A stretch of DNA of 63,963 nucleotides, the filler included, from Octopus bimaculoides (Eukaryota): assembly GCF_001194135.2 (NCBI RefSeq). It is 6 parts of 6 records of this genome, joined end to end, with 100 filler letters (N's around TTAATTAATTAA, not from the genome) between each part and the next. Parts side by side here need not be neighbours in the genome. Positions count along the whole stretch, not along the records: positions 37,541 to 56,677 come from NC_068984.1; positions 56,778 to 61,940 come from NC_068997.1; 4 more parts are not named here. The stretch is one strand, 5' to 3'. Of the stretch, positions 47,896-59,992 are shown one piece after another (position 1 is the first letter of the stretch; each line of letters opens with the position of its first letter). The notes under the pieces were generated by a model that was not told where the DNA came from, searched no databases, and saw nothing but the letters and a program-made list of their open reading frames with translations. The position numbers and the translations under genes were made by a program.

Positions 47896-48701
47896 TAGTG
47901 TGTTGAGCTAGATCGTGCTGCTACTCCCTCTGGTGAAGTGGTACCGCCTATAAACAGTTTATCTCGTGGTATTTAGTTGCTCTTTATACCTTGATTTCAA
48001 ATCTTACTAAGGACAATAGTGTACTTCATCATTCAGGGTCATCGAAATTATGTATCCGTGAAATAATGGTTATATATAATCTATGGAACCTTCTCACCAC
48101 CTACATGTTAAGTGTCGTAGTTAAATTAGAAATGAATAATGATAAGGATGATGGAGATGGTGGTAGTTGTGGTGGTGGTGGTGGTGGTAATGACGCTGAG
48201 GAGGAGGAGAAGAAAGATAGGAGAAACGTGGAAGTGGCAGTGAGGGCAGTGATGTTGGAGAATGTGCAATATGAACCTTAGAATGATATGATTACGATAA
48301 CAATGATGATAATGAAGATTATGAATAGGAGGAAGAAAATCTGTTTAGCAGTGGAGAAGAGGACGTTTCTGAAATGTTGCGCAACATCATTGCATCGGAA
48401 ATCACCTGGCACCGTATATAGAGAGAGGAAATCTGGAAAGTGACTTTCATTGTAGAGCGTGTGTAAGACAGGAAGTGCAGCTAGTTTGATGGCGAGCATA
48501 TGTCCTGACAGACATGCCTACTGTCTCTCGTTGAACCGTATGTATAGACGACCGTTTATGTATGTATGTATGTATGCATGCATGCATACATGTGTTTATG
48601 TATTATGCATGTGTGTATGTATATATGCATACATACATATAAGTGTATATGTATGTGCGTGTATATGTGTATCCTTAAATGTATGTATAAACTTCTGCAG
48701 T

Positions 48702-48735
<34 letters not shown>

Positions 48736-49441
48736 TGTATGTATGTATGTATGTATGTATATATATATATATNNNNNNNNNNNNNNNNNNNNNNNNNNNN
48801 NNNNNNNNNNNNNNNNNNNNNNNNNNNNNNNNNNNNNNNNNNNNNNNNNNNNNNNNNNNNNNNNNNNNNNNNNNNNNNNNNNNNNNNNNNNNNNNNNNNN
48901 NNNNNNNNNNNNNNNNNNNNNNNNNNNNNNNNNNNNNNNNNNNNNNNNNNNNNNNNNNNNNNNNNNNNNNNNNNNNNNNNNNNNNNNNNNNNNNNNNNNN
49001 NNNNNNNNNNNNNNNNNNNNNNNNNNNNNNNNNNNNNNNNNNNNNNNNNNNNNNNNNNNNNNNNNNNNNNNNNNNNNNNNNNNNNNNNNNNNNNNNNNNN
49101 NNNNNNNNNNNNNNNNNNNNNNNNNNNNNNNNNNNNNNNNNNNNNNNNNNNNNNNNNNNNNNNNNNNNNNNNNNNNNNNNNNNNNNNNNNNNNNNNNNNN
49201 NNNNNNNNNNNNNNNNNNNNNNNNNNNNNNNNNNNNNNNNNNNNNNNNNNNNNNNNNNNNNNNNNNNNNNNNNNNNNNNNNNNNNNNNNNNNNNNNNNNN
49301 NNNNNNNNNNNNNNNNNNNNNNNNNNNNNNNNNNNNNNNNNNNNNNNNNNNNNNNNNNNNNNNNNNNNNNNNNAATCGTTGAGTGTGTTAAATTAATAAG
49401 GCACTTAAAGAGAATGACTCTCTCCAGACACAATAATACAA

Positions 49442-49473
<32 letters not shown>

Positions 49474-49516
49474 ACATGTGCGCGCACGCGCACACATACA
49501 CACACATATATATATA

Positions 49517-49880
49517 TTCTTTTATTCTTTTATTTGTTTCAGTCATTTGACTGCAACCCTGCTGGAGTACCACATTTAGTCGAATAAATCGACCCAGGAC
49601 TTATTGCTTGTAAACCTAGTACTTATTCTATCGGTCTTTAAGTTACGGGAACGTAAACACACCAACATCGGTTGTCAAGCGATGGTGGGTCGACAAACAA
49701 ACATACAAACAGACGCACAAACATATATATAATATATATAAAACGGGCTTCTATCAGATTCCGTCTACCGAATCCACTTACCAGGCTTTGGTCGGCTCGA
49801 GGTTATAGTAGAAAACACTTGCCCTGGGTGCCATGCAGTGAGACTGAACCCGGAATCGTGTGGTTGAGAAACAAGCTTCT
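49517..49880 (-). mobile_element. SINE family B, head truncated where a family A copy begins
   Basis: It is colinear with 36570-36930. Confidence 0.85.
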
Positions 49881-50115
49881 TATTTCTTTATTGCCCACAA
49901 GGTGCTAAACATAGAGGGGACAAACAAGGACAGGCAAAGGGATTAAGTCAATTACATCGACCGCAGTGCGTAACTGGTACTTAATTTATCGACCCCGAAA
50001 GGATGAAAGGCGAAGTCGACCTCGGCGGAATTTGAACTCAGAACGTATAAAGACAGACGAAATACTGCAAAGCATTTCGCCCGTTGTGCTACCGTTTCTG
50101 CCAGCTCGCTGCCTT
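49881..50115 (-). mobile_element. SINE family A, full length with tail type 1
   Basis: It is colinear with 22925-23158. Confidence 0.9.
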
Positions 50116-50119
50116 TTCT

Positions 50120-50310
50120 TTTGCGCCCTTTTAAAGCCTAGCCAGGCTCATGGGCCCGGTTTCCCAGTTTCTATGGCGTATGTGTTCCCTCCCAGCTGGA
50201 CGGGAAACCAGTCCATCGCAGCGTTACTCAAGAAACAAGAAGAAAGAGTGAGAGAAAGTTTGGGGAGAAAGAGTAAAACAGGGGTCACCACAACCCCCTA
50301 CCGGAGCCTT
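50120..50310 (-). mobile_element. SINE fragment related to family C but with a different 3' tail
   Basis: It shares AAGAAAGAGTGAGAGAAAGTT...CACCA.CCCCTAC.GGAG with family C and then diverges (CTGGACGGGAAACCAGTCCATCGCAG). Confidence 0.65.
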
Positions 50311-51324
50311 ATTTTTATGGTATGGAGTTTTGCTGCTCTTTCTAGTGGGTTAGATGTCCTATTATAGGCATCTCTGTATTTTAAATGAATAATATATAGT
50401 CTATTGACTATTTTTTTCTTCTCGCTGGACCACTGGTGGTAAATNNNNNNNNNNNNNNNNNNNNNNNNNNNNNNNNNNNNNNNNNNNNNNNNNNNNNNNN
50501 NNNNNNNNNNNNNNNNNNNNNNNNNNNNNNNNNNNNNNNNNNNNNNNNNNNNNNNNNNNNNNNNNNNNNNNNNNNNNNNNNNNNNNNNNNNNNNNNNNNN
50601 NNNNNNNNNNNNNNNNNNNNNNNNNNNNNNNNNNNNNNNNNNNNNNNNNNNNNNNNNNNNNNNNNNNNNNNNNNNNNNNNNNNNNNNNNNNNNNNNNNNN
50701 NNNNNNNNNNNNNNNNNNNNNNNNNNNNNNNNNNNNNNNNNNNNNNNNNNNNNNNNNNNNNNNNNNNNNNNNNNNNNNNNNNNNNNNNNNNNNNNNNNNN
50801 NNNNNNNNNNNNNNNNNNNNNNNNNNNNNNNNNNNNNNNNNNNNNNNNNNNNNNNNNNNNNNNNNNNNNNNNNNNNNNNNNNNNNNNNNNNNNNNNNNNN
50901 NNNNNNNNNNNNNNNNNNNNNNNNNNNNNNNNNNNNNNNNNNNNNNNNNNNNNNNNNNNNNNNNNNNNNNNNNNNNNNNNNNNNNNNNNNNNNNNNNNNN
51001 NNNNNNNNNNNNNNNNNNNNNNNNNNNNNNNNNNNNNNNNNNNNNNNNNNNNNNNNNNNNNNNNNNNNNNNNNNNNNNNNNNNNNNNNNNNNNNNNNNNN
51101 NNNNNNNNNNNNNNNNNNNNNNNNNNNNNNNNNNNNNNNNNCATAATATCATTAATTAATTATAAACAATCACATATTACAATGGAAATCTATATTATAT
51201 TATCTCTAGAAACTTTAGCAAAAAATCACAACTGCTATTGGTAAATTATACATTGATATGGCCTGCCTTAAGACCTAATATTATACTATAATATACTATA
51301 ATACCCGGTCATACTGCAATTTAT

Positions 51325-52803
51325 AACTCATTTAAACCAGAGAAACGTGTCTTGGATAATGTGTACATCTTAGAGCATTATTTGTTAGTTTATTTATCAA
51401 CTTACCCTTAGAGAATAATATAAAATATAGTTCTAAATTACATAACGAACAATATCTCCTACCTTTGTTATACGAGAAAGACCTCCCAATGATTGACTAT
51501 TCTAACGAATATTGCTTTTTTTGTTCTTTCAGTTCCCAAATGAATTTACTAAGACTAGTACTTGCTATTTTACTTCTATCTCTAAAGGTACTATAATGAT
51601 TAGATGATCTTTTACAGATTTGTCCCGAAGTACACCCCAGGTATCGGCTAACGTCTGTCTGAGTCCCTACCTTACATTGATAAACTACATTTCTAACTCT
51701 CGCATTAGGGCCTTCAAACTTCAATCTTCTGGGGTTGACCTCTGTTACTGTAATCATATTCTGATTATTATTGTTATTATTATTATCATTTATATCAGGG
51801 TTCATATCGCTATCCTCCTCAATTCCTTTTGATTTAAAAATTTTAAAATTATGAGCTGCAATTATTTGGGCTAAGTTCATAGTGTTTGAAAAACCAAATC
51901 TAATGGTATGTGTATTAATAATTTTACCATAGTGTGAATTCTTTGGGAAATATCTGCTTATCACCTCTCTAAACTGTGCAATCAAATTAGATTTAACATT
52001 CCTACCAAAAGGGATTATGAACCATATATCATCATCTTTACTATTATCACAGTCACTAGTAAAATTCTTAAGAAATTTTAAATTACCTATGTTACGTTTA
52101 TGGATATCCCTGGGTTTATTCTCCTTATTTCCACTTAGTTTATTCTTATACCTATTATTCTTATCTGTCTTAACGTTGTTACTATCAGGTTCAATATAGT
52201 AAACCTTCTCTTTGTGTCCTGCCCTATTTAATGCCGAATTATAGAATTGAACTTCATTATCAAAAATCTTATCATTAGCAGATAATCTAGAGAGTCTTAA
52301 TGAAATGTTTCTAACTAAATTATCGATAATTTTTCTATGATGGTTACTCCACTTACTTATATATTTTAGGTTAGTTGAAGGTTTATGATATGGTCTATAT
52401 GCCTCGTTTCTAATATCTAATGACACATCCAAGAAATTTGCTACAGAAATATCGTCTTCATAAATGATATTCGTTCCCATTCTACGAAAAAATCTAGCCA
52501 ATCTACCCTTAATCCTCTGTAATTGTTGGTTGGAGCTATTCCTAATATATAGAAGACAGTCATCCCTATATAGACCTCCCGCCCCTAATCATAGGAAATT
52601 GATCATTCAATTCATAAAGAATAAAGGAACCCACCATATCAGCTATTTGTGCTGAGTCAGAACTCCCCATGGGGACATCGAAAGCATCTGGTGTATCCTT
52701 ACGTATCCATACTTTATCATTAAAACAAACAAAAGATTTCCTAGCAGCTAATATCACTTTAAATTCTTCTCTAGTAAGCCCAGCCTTATTGTGAAAAAAC
52801 CAT
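51325..52803 (-). mobile_element. Penelope-like element (PLE): RT plus C-terminal GIY-YIG endonuclease, lightly mutated, 5' part in gap
   Basis: FDVPMGSSDSAQIADMVG, a frameshift near 52580, GLYRDDCL, NFLDVSLD and SNHH are present. NVVYQC...YLGCT (GIY-YIG) and HYSTFR..SLSKFIWELK follow. Past the TAG at 51497-51499 the frame continues YCSLCNLE...CTH, the CCHH-type end. Confidence 0.88.
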
Positions 52804-53468
52804 NNNNNNNNNNNNNNNNNNNNNNNNNNNNNNNNNNNNNNNNNNNNNNNNNNNNNNNNNNNNNNNNNNNNNNNNNNNNNNNNNNNNNNNNNNNNNNNNN
52901 NNNNNNNNNNNNNNNNNNNNNNNNNNNNNNNNNNNNNNNNNNNNNNNNNNNNNNNNNNNNNNNNNNNNNNNNNNNNNNNNNNNNNNNNNNNNNNNNNNNN
53001 NNNNNNNNNNNNNNNNNNNNNNNNNNNNNNNNNNNNNNNNNNNNNNNNNNNNNNNNNNNNNNNNNNNNNNNNNNNNNNNNNNNNNNNNNNNNNNNNNNNN
53101 NNNNNNNNNNNNNNNNNNNNNNNNNNNNNNNNNNNNNNNNNNNNNNNNNNNNNNNNNNNNNNNNNNNNNNNNNNNNNNNNNNNNNNNNNNNNNNNNNNNN
53201 NNNNNNNNNNNNNNNNNNNNNNNNNNNNNNNNNNNNNNNNNNNNNNNNNNNNNNNNNNNNNNNNNNNNNNNNNNNNNNNNNNNNNNNNNNNNNNNNNNNN
53301 NNNNNNNNNNNNNNNNNNNNNNNNNNNNNNNNNNNNNNNNNNNNNNNNNNNNNNNNNNNNNNNNNNNNNNNNNNNNNNNNNNNNNNNNNNNNNNNNNNNN
53401 NNNNNNNNNNNNNNNNNNNNNNNNNNNNNNNNNNNNNNNNNNNNNNNNNNNNNNNNNNNNNNNNNNNN

Positions 53469-53965
53469 TGTACGTTGTTTTGTTTTGGGATAAAAAGATG
53501 GGATACAGCAAATATTCTGCTTAAAACCACAGATTTGCTTGTCAGTTTTTTACCTTAACCAGTTGAGCATGTCTCTTGGTGGCTGACGATATGTGCATCT
53601 CTGATCATGAGCAGAAGTAGTGGGGAGCATCATAGCCATGTGTTGAGAGGAATTCTTTGGGGTATGGATAATTCACCATTGGAATCATGGGTGTTTTGCT
53701 CAACATCCTTAAACAAACCTTATTCAGGAATCTTTTGAGCGAGATGGTCTACTCGACCTGAAGAAAATTCTAACTGAGCCCCACCTGCGAGGTCATGCGC
53801 TATTTATCGTGATATGAGATCACCATGTCGCACACATATGGTTGTGATGTATGTGCCTGGTGTACCTTTATCAGACGTGTAGTCATGCTGGGTATAATGG
53901 GCTTCGTATATTTTACCCCAGTATCCTTTTGATGGCATGCACTGCTCTCTCACTCAGTAATAATA
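53469..53965 (+). repeat. Family F repeat, copy 2
   Basis: It is colinear with 47260-47760 and ends CTCAGTAATAAT. Confidence 0.8.
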
Positions 53966-53990
53966 TTCCATGGATGGAATTTATAATTAT

Positions 53991-54341
53991 TTAGGGCAGC
54001 GGACTCGCGGTCATAGGATCGCGGTTTCGATTCCTAGACCGAGCATTGTGGCTGTTTATTGAGCGAAAACAACTAAAGCTCCACGAGGCTCCGGCAGGGG
54101 ATGGTGGCGAACCCTGCTGTACTCTTTCACCACAACTTTCTCTCACTCTTACTTCCTGTTTCTGTTGTGCCTGTAATTCAAGGGGTCAACCTTGTCACAC
54201 TGTGTCACGCTGAATATCCCAGAGAACTACGTTAAGGGTACACGTGTCTGTGGAGTGCTCAGCCACTTGCACGTTAATTTCACGAGCAGGCTGTTCCATT
54301 GATCGGAACAATTAGAACCCTCGACGTCGTAAGCGACGGAG
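53991..54341 (+). mobile_element. SINE family C
   Basis: It is colinear with 36985-37338 and with 19793-20063 on the minus strand. Confidence 0.9.
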
Positions 54342-54939
54342 NNNNNNNNNNNNNNNNNNNNNNNNNNNNNNNNNNNNNNNNNNNNNNNNNNNNNNNNNNN
54401 NNNNNNNNNNNNNNNNNNNNNNNNNNNNNNNNNNNNNNNNNNNNNNNNNNNNNNNNNNNNNNNNNNNNNNNNNNNNNNNNNNNNNNNNNNNNNNNNNNNN
54501 NNNNNNNNNNNNNNNNNNNNNNNNNNNNNNNNNNNNNNNNNNNNNNNNNNNNNNNNNNNNNNNNNNNNNNNNNNNNNNNNNNNNNNNNNNNNNNNNNNNN
54601 NNNNNNNNNNNNNNNNNNNNNNNNNNNNNNNNNNNNNNNNNNNNNNNNNNNNNNNNNNGTATAAAAAACAAACAGATACATTAGTTTAATGCTCGGGAAG
54701 TGAGAGAGTCTTTTACATTTTGAGTCTACGCTCTTCGACAGAAAAGGATACAGAAATAAACAGGGAGAGAATATAAAAAATGTTTAGTGGCTAGTGATCT
54801 ATCATGGCGAATGCCGGACAGAGGGGTCACACAGGAGAGCTAAGAAGGGTAGGCAATAAAGTAGTGGTGATCCCAAAACGAAGATGCACGTGCATGTGTA
54901 CGTGAGAGCGTGTATGTGCGTGTGGATGGGAGCTGGTGA

Positions 54940-55500
54940 ACTTGATGTATGCGTGTGTGCATTTGTAGGTCTGTGGATGATGGTGTGTGGATGATGGTGT
55001 GTGGATGATGGTGTGGGTGCTGGGAAGTGGGCAGTGCTAGTGTGTGCGGGGTGGTGTGATGTGGTGTGGGGTGGTGTGATGTGATGTGGGGTGGGGTGAT
55101 GTGATGTGGGGTGGTGTGATGTGATGTGGGGCGGTGTGGCATGGTTGTGTGTGGTGTGTGGTGTGGCATGATGTGATGTGGTGTGGCGGTGTTTGGGTGC
55201 GAGGGAGGCGAGAGTGGGGGAAGCAAGAGTGGGGTGTGAGTTGGCGTGAGGTAGGGGTAGGGATGGTGTATGTGGGAGTGGGGTGAAATGGATGGCTTAG
55301 GGTGGAATGGGATGTATAGGAATGGTGGGATTGGAATGTTTAGGGGTAGGGTAACGAGGGAGGCGTGAAGATAAAGGGAGAGGGTGGAAGGGAGAAGGTA
55401 GTAGGGGTTCAGAGGAAGTAGGTGTCAGAGCAAGGGGAGAGGTGGTTGAGAGGAAGTAGGTGTGAGAGGAAGAGAGGAGAGAGGAGGAGGGTTAGATGAA
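54940..55500. repeat. G/T-rich then G/A-rich low-complexity tract with a minisatellite of about 20 bp (GTGGTGTGATGTGATGTGGG)
   Basis: Directly visible, and it explains the His/Thr/Pro-rich minus-strand ORF. Confidence 0.8.
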
Positions 55501-55615
55501 GAAGAGAGGAGAGTTGTGTTCATGTGATGCAAAGGAGCGAAGACAAAAGATTAATCCCTGTTCACGGCAAAGACGGGAGTCTGAATGGCCCCTGTGCAAT
55601 ACATACATACATACA

Positions 55616-55650
<35 letters not shown>

Positions 55651-56204
55651 GAGGTTTCTCATTGTCAATGGTATTTCTGTCCCAGATGTCTATTCAGTCC
55701 GGTTGCAAATCTACATGATTTGAAGCATAGATGATAGAGGAAAGTTGTAACTTACTGTGCGCTTCTAGCCATCACTCTTCTATCGCCATAGGACTTTCAG
55801 TAAATGGAATGGCAAATGTGCTTACCATATAGTGATATGCGCAAGTCATTGATTATAGTAATAAACACTTGTACAATACGAGTACCACTCTCTATGCCTC
55901 CGTGGTTAGTACCTAGTGATAGGCCAAAGCGAGTTGGCCAATAATAATGTGAAACTGTAGGCTTTACATCAGAGTGTTCCTCCCCTAGGTTGACTTTGCC
56001 TTTAAGTACCACCCCTCAAATTTGCTGACTTTGGGCCAAAATTATGAAGAATTATTTCAATATACTGAAGGCTCTTACCGCAGTACTTTAAAACTTCTCG
56101 AGGGATCGAGAGCATGCCTTTGCAGATAAGTTCAGTAACTCCATTTGTCTGGCAAGTTTCTAATATTTTACTGGTATTTTATGGAATTGCATTGAACAAG
56201 AACT

Positions 56205-56342
56205 TACGAGTACATTATTTACATTATTTACATTTGCTGGATATTTGTCCTCATCTTGTTTATTGTTAACACAACGTTTGGCTTCATCAGGTGTCTTGGG
56301 GAAATTTCGAACCTGGGTGCTCATTCCTAAGATATTTTTCGA

Positions 56343-56345
<3 letters not shown>
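56205..56345 (-). ncRNA. Hammerhead-motif repeat, copy 2 (stem II deleted)
   Basis: The minus strand 56295-56268 reads GACAC-CUGAUGA-AGCC-AA-ACGU-U-GUGUU, and the flanks match 29848-29990. Confidence 0.6.
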
Positions 56346-56373
<28 letters not shown>

Positions 56374-56374
56374 A

Positions 56375-56677
56375 TTATTATTATTGTTCAGTAGTTTTAT
56401 TTTTATAACGTGCTTTCACTTCACTACCGAGCGCAGCTCTGTGCGCCTTGGGTATGTGCTGTGGTTTGCTGTGGTGCTTTTATGTTTACTGTATTGAAAG
56501 TGTTTTGCGTAGAATGTGTGCAGTACCCAGTAGTGCAATTTTCTGTATGTTACATATATTTGTAAGTCCTGGTATTTTTGTTATGTATTTGTCTGAGTAT
56601 TTTTTAATTATACCTAAGGCACCTACTATGATAGGAATTGTTTCTGTTTTTAGACTCCACATTCGAGTTATCTCTAT
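56375..56677 (-). pseudogene. R4/Dong-clade LINE 3' end, same subfamily as fragments 3 and 5
   Basis: It is the reverse complement of the 44330-44490 and 45455-45710 sequence, with a (TAA/CAA)n tail at 56343-56388. Confidence 0.88.
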
Positions 56678-56777
56678 NNNNNNNNNNNNNNNNNNNNNNN
56701 NNNNNNNNNNNNNNNNNNNNNTTAATTAATTAANNNNNNNNNNNNNNNNNNNNNNNNNNNNNNNNNNNNNNNNNNNN

Positions 56778-57240
56778 TACAATCACCACCATCACAACCA
56801 TCACCCTTACAACCACCACCATCACTCTCACAACCACCACCATCACAACCATCACCCTTACAACCACCACCATCACTCTCACAACCACCACCATCACAAC
56901 CATCACCCTCACAACCATCACCCTTACAACCACCACCATCACTCTTACAACCACCACCATCACAACCATCACTCTCACAACCACCACCATCACAACCATC
57001 ACCCTTACAACCACCACCATCACAACCATCACTCTCCCAACCACCACTATCACAACCATCACCATTACAGTCACCATCATCACAATCAGCAGCTTCACAA
57101 CCACAAGCATCCTGCAGTGTAACCAACACAACCACCACCGTCACTACGACACAGCAAGCTCACAACCATCACAACCATCACAACCCTACTATCACATCAA
57201 TTACCATCACAATTGTCCATCCCATTCACAACCACTATCA
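56778..57240. repeat. CA-rich minisatellite built from ACAACCACCACCATC / ACAACCATCACCCTT-type units
   Basis: Tandem 12-15-bp units are directly visible. Confidence 0.85.
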
Positions 57241-57379
57241 ATAGCTCTAACTACAACAAATAACAGACAACACAACTTCAATAACATCGTGATGACAATA
57301 TATGAAGTTGCGAAACTTCAAGATGGTTCGAGCAAACAGAACAATCAAAGCAAAAACAACCACCAAAACTATTTATAAC

Positions 57380-57410
<31 letters not shown>

Positions 57411-58071
57411 NNNNNNNNNNNNNNNNNNNNNNNNNNNNNNNNNNNNNNNNNNNNNNNNNNNNNNNNNNNNNNNNNNNNNNNNNNNNNNNNNNNNNNNNNN
57501 NNNNNNNNNNNNNNNNNNNNNNNNNNNNNNNNNNNNNNNNNNNNNNNNNNNNNNNNNNNNNNNNNNNNNNNNNNNNNNNNNNNNNNNNNNNNNNNNNNNN
57601 NNNNNNNNNNNNNNNNNNNNNNNNNNNNNNNNNNNNNNNNNNNNNNNNNNNNNNNNNNNNNNNNNNNNNNNNNNNNNNNNNNNNNNNNNNNNNNNNNNNN
57701 NNNNNNNNNNNNNNNNNNNNNNNNNNNNNNNNNNNNNNNNNNNNNNNNNNNNNNNNNNNNNNNNNNNNNNNNNNNNNNNNNNNNNNNNNNNNNNNNNNNN
57801 NNNNNNNNNNNNNNNNNNNNNNNNNNNNNNNNNNNNNNNNNNNNNNNNNNNNNNNNNNNNNNNNNNNNNNNNNNNNNNNNNNNNNNNNNNNNNNNNNNNN
57901 NNNNNNNNNNNNNNNNNNNNNNNNNNNNNNNNNNNNNNNNNNNNNNNNNNNNNNNNNNNNNNNNNNNNNNNNNNNNNNNNNNNNNNNNNNNNNNNNNNNN
58001 NNNNAAGAGAAAGAGGTATATGTGTGGGTATGTGCGTGCGCTCAAGTCAGTGTGTGTTTATGTGTGTAGTA

Positions 58072-58122
<51 letters not shown>

Positions 58123-58270
58123 TGTGTGTATATGTGTGTGCGTTGTGTGTGTGGTGTTTGCGTGGTGTTGGCTGTTTATATGTGTATGTGTGAGTGAACT
58201 TTGTGTCTCTTAATGTGGTAAGATGAATTCAACAGCACGGTAACAGGAGTGGTGGTCATATATACATATA

Positions 58271-58309
<39 letters not shown>

Positions 58310-59059
58310 TGCAAGAATGATGCGTGTGTTCGATCATGTAATACAAATAATATATGAGTATATGCGTATATACGTACATATTTGTACATAACTACATCTA
58401 CATGTATATATAGATGCATATCTGGGTACAGGACGTTGCAAAAAAACATGGACAAAATGATAAACGGAGTACAGAAAACATGCAGGCCTCATAGAGAACA
58501 TTTCCTTCATCTGCTACCACCATTCTAAAACTAAGCGTTTCGAAGAGTTAGGGCACTACAGGCTTCTAGTCAGTTTTCTTAGACCAAATTCACTCACAAG
58601 ACCTTAGCTAACTCGTTGATTTAGTAGAAGTCGCCTGAAGTGCTGCGCATAAAACTATATACTCCATTTTCTTAATGCACACAAAGATTACTTTTGATAT
58701 TTCGTCTGCTCTAGATTTCATATGCGTTCTAAACGTTCTAAACATTAGCCATTAAGCTAAACAGAAAAATTGAAACTTTGGCTTTAAAGTTTCGTAAATC
58801 ATGCGCAACGAAAAAAGAAAGCTGCATTGTAACAAAGGAAATAACTTAATATAAATGTAATTAAGAAACAATGCACTGGTTAAACAATTGTTCCCATTTA
58901 TTTGTTATTGAAAACTTAACAATACGGAAGTACGTGGCGACTGGAGCTTTGGTGCATGGCGTCATGGATCAGTCGGGTTGCATCAGCTGTCGCTGTTGTT
59001 GTTGTCGCAGAAGCAATTGCAACACGCCACTATTGAGTTGTGTCAACACTTATGTGATA

Positions 59060-59064
59060 TGTGT

Positions 59065-59132
<68 letters not shown>

Positions 59133-59161
59133 NNNNNNNNNNNNNNNNNNNNNNNNNNNNG

Positions 59162-59193
<32 letters not shown>

Positions 59194-59213
59194 GAGAGAG
59201 AGAGAGAGTCAGG

Positions 59214-59252
<39 letters not shown>

Positions 59253-59277
59253 GCAGGCAGGCAGACAGACAGACAGG

Positions 59278-59323
<46 letters not shown>

Positions 59324-59325
59324 TC
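59060..59325. repeat. Compound microsatellite (GT)n-gap-(TA)n-(GA)n-(GACA)n-(GATA)n
   Basis: Directly visible in the sequence. Confidence 0.95.
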
Positions 59326-59899
59326 CACATATACATATACATTGATATCGTCTATGTGAGAACTAATTTTGTGATCAGATATAAAGATCTCTCACGAGGA
59401 GAAATATATTTTCTTTTCACACTGTATTTAGGTATTCGGTCAATACTTGTCGGAAGTAGTTTCAATATTTGAGATGTTTCATATCGGATCTTGCACGTGA
59501 TCGAAGTTTTATATCTAATATTCGCTAATTAATATATTAATTATGTATCAACTATTTCTATGGACACGTGTGTTGTGCGTCTCTGGATTCTGCTACCCAC
59601 ATGCGCGTGCGTGCGTGTGTATTAGTTTGCAAAACTATATGTGCATAAATAAACTGTATGTGTAAAATAAAATATTTGTCTTACATAATTTTTTACTCAA
59701 CATATCAATTGATTTAATTCTCAATTAATTTGAAAAAAGATGAACGCGCACACGTACGCACACAGACTTACATATACATATACTTACATATACATATTTA
59801 AAAATCTGTGTACCTAGTTGTCTATGTATGTGTATGTATACATACATATAAATATATACTCTTTAACTCATTAACCTGACAAGTACGCAATAAACTATG

Positions 59900-59992
59900 C
59901 CCCACTCCCTCTGAAATAAAGACGAGTTGGTCATGTCTGGAAAGCCTTCCGTTGTAGGTCGGCTTAATCAGAACTAATCTAGGGCTAGAAAA
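59900..59992 (+). repeat. Family D repeat, 3' part
   Basis: TTGGTCATGTCTGGAAAGCCTT...CTAGGGCTAG is similar to the other D ends. Confidence 0.4.

Noticed and set aside
54840-55226. 128-aa His/Thr/Pro-rich ORF
   Set aside because: It is a translation of a G/T-rich minisatellite.
58485-58580. CAGATGAAGG and CGAAACGC on the minus strand, hammerhead-like words
   Set aside because: The order and spacing do not give a valid core, U4 is mutated, and no consistent stems I-III could be drawn.
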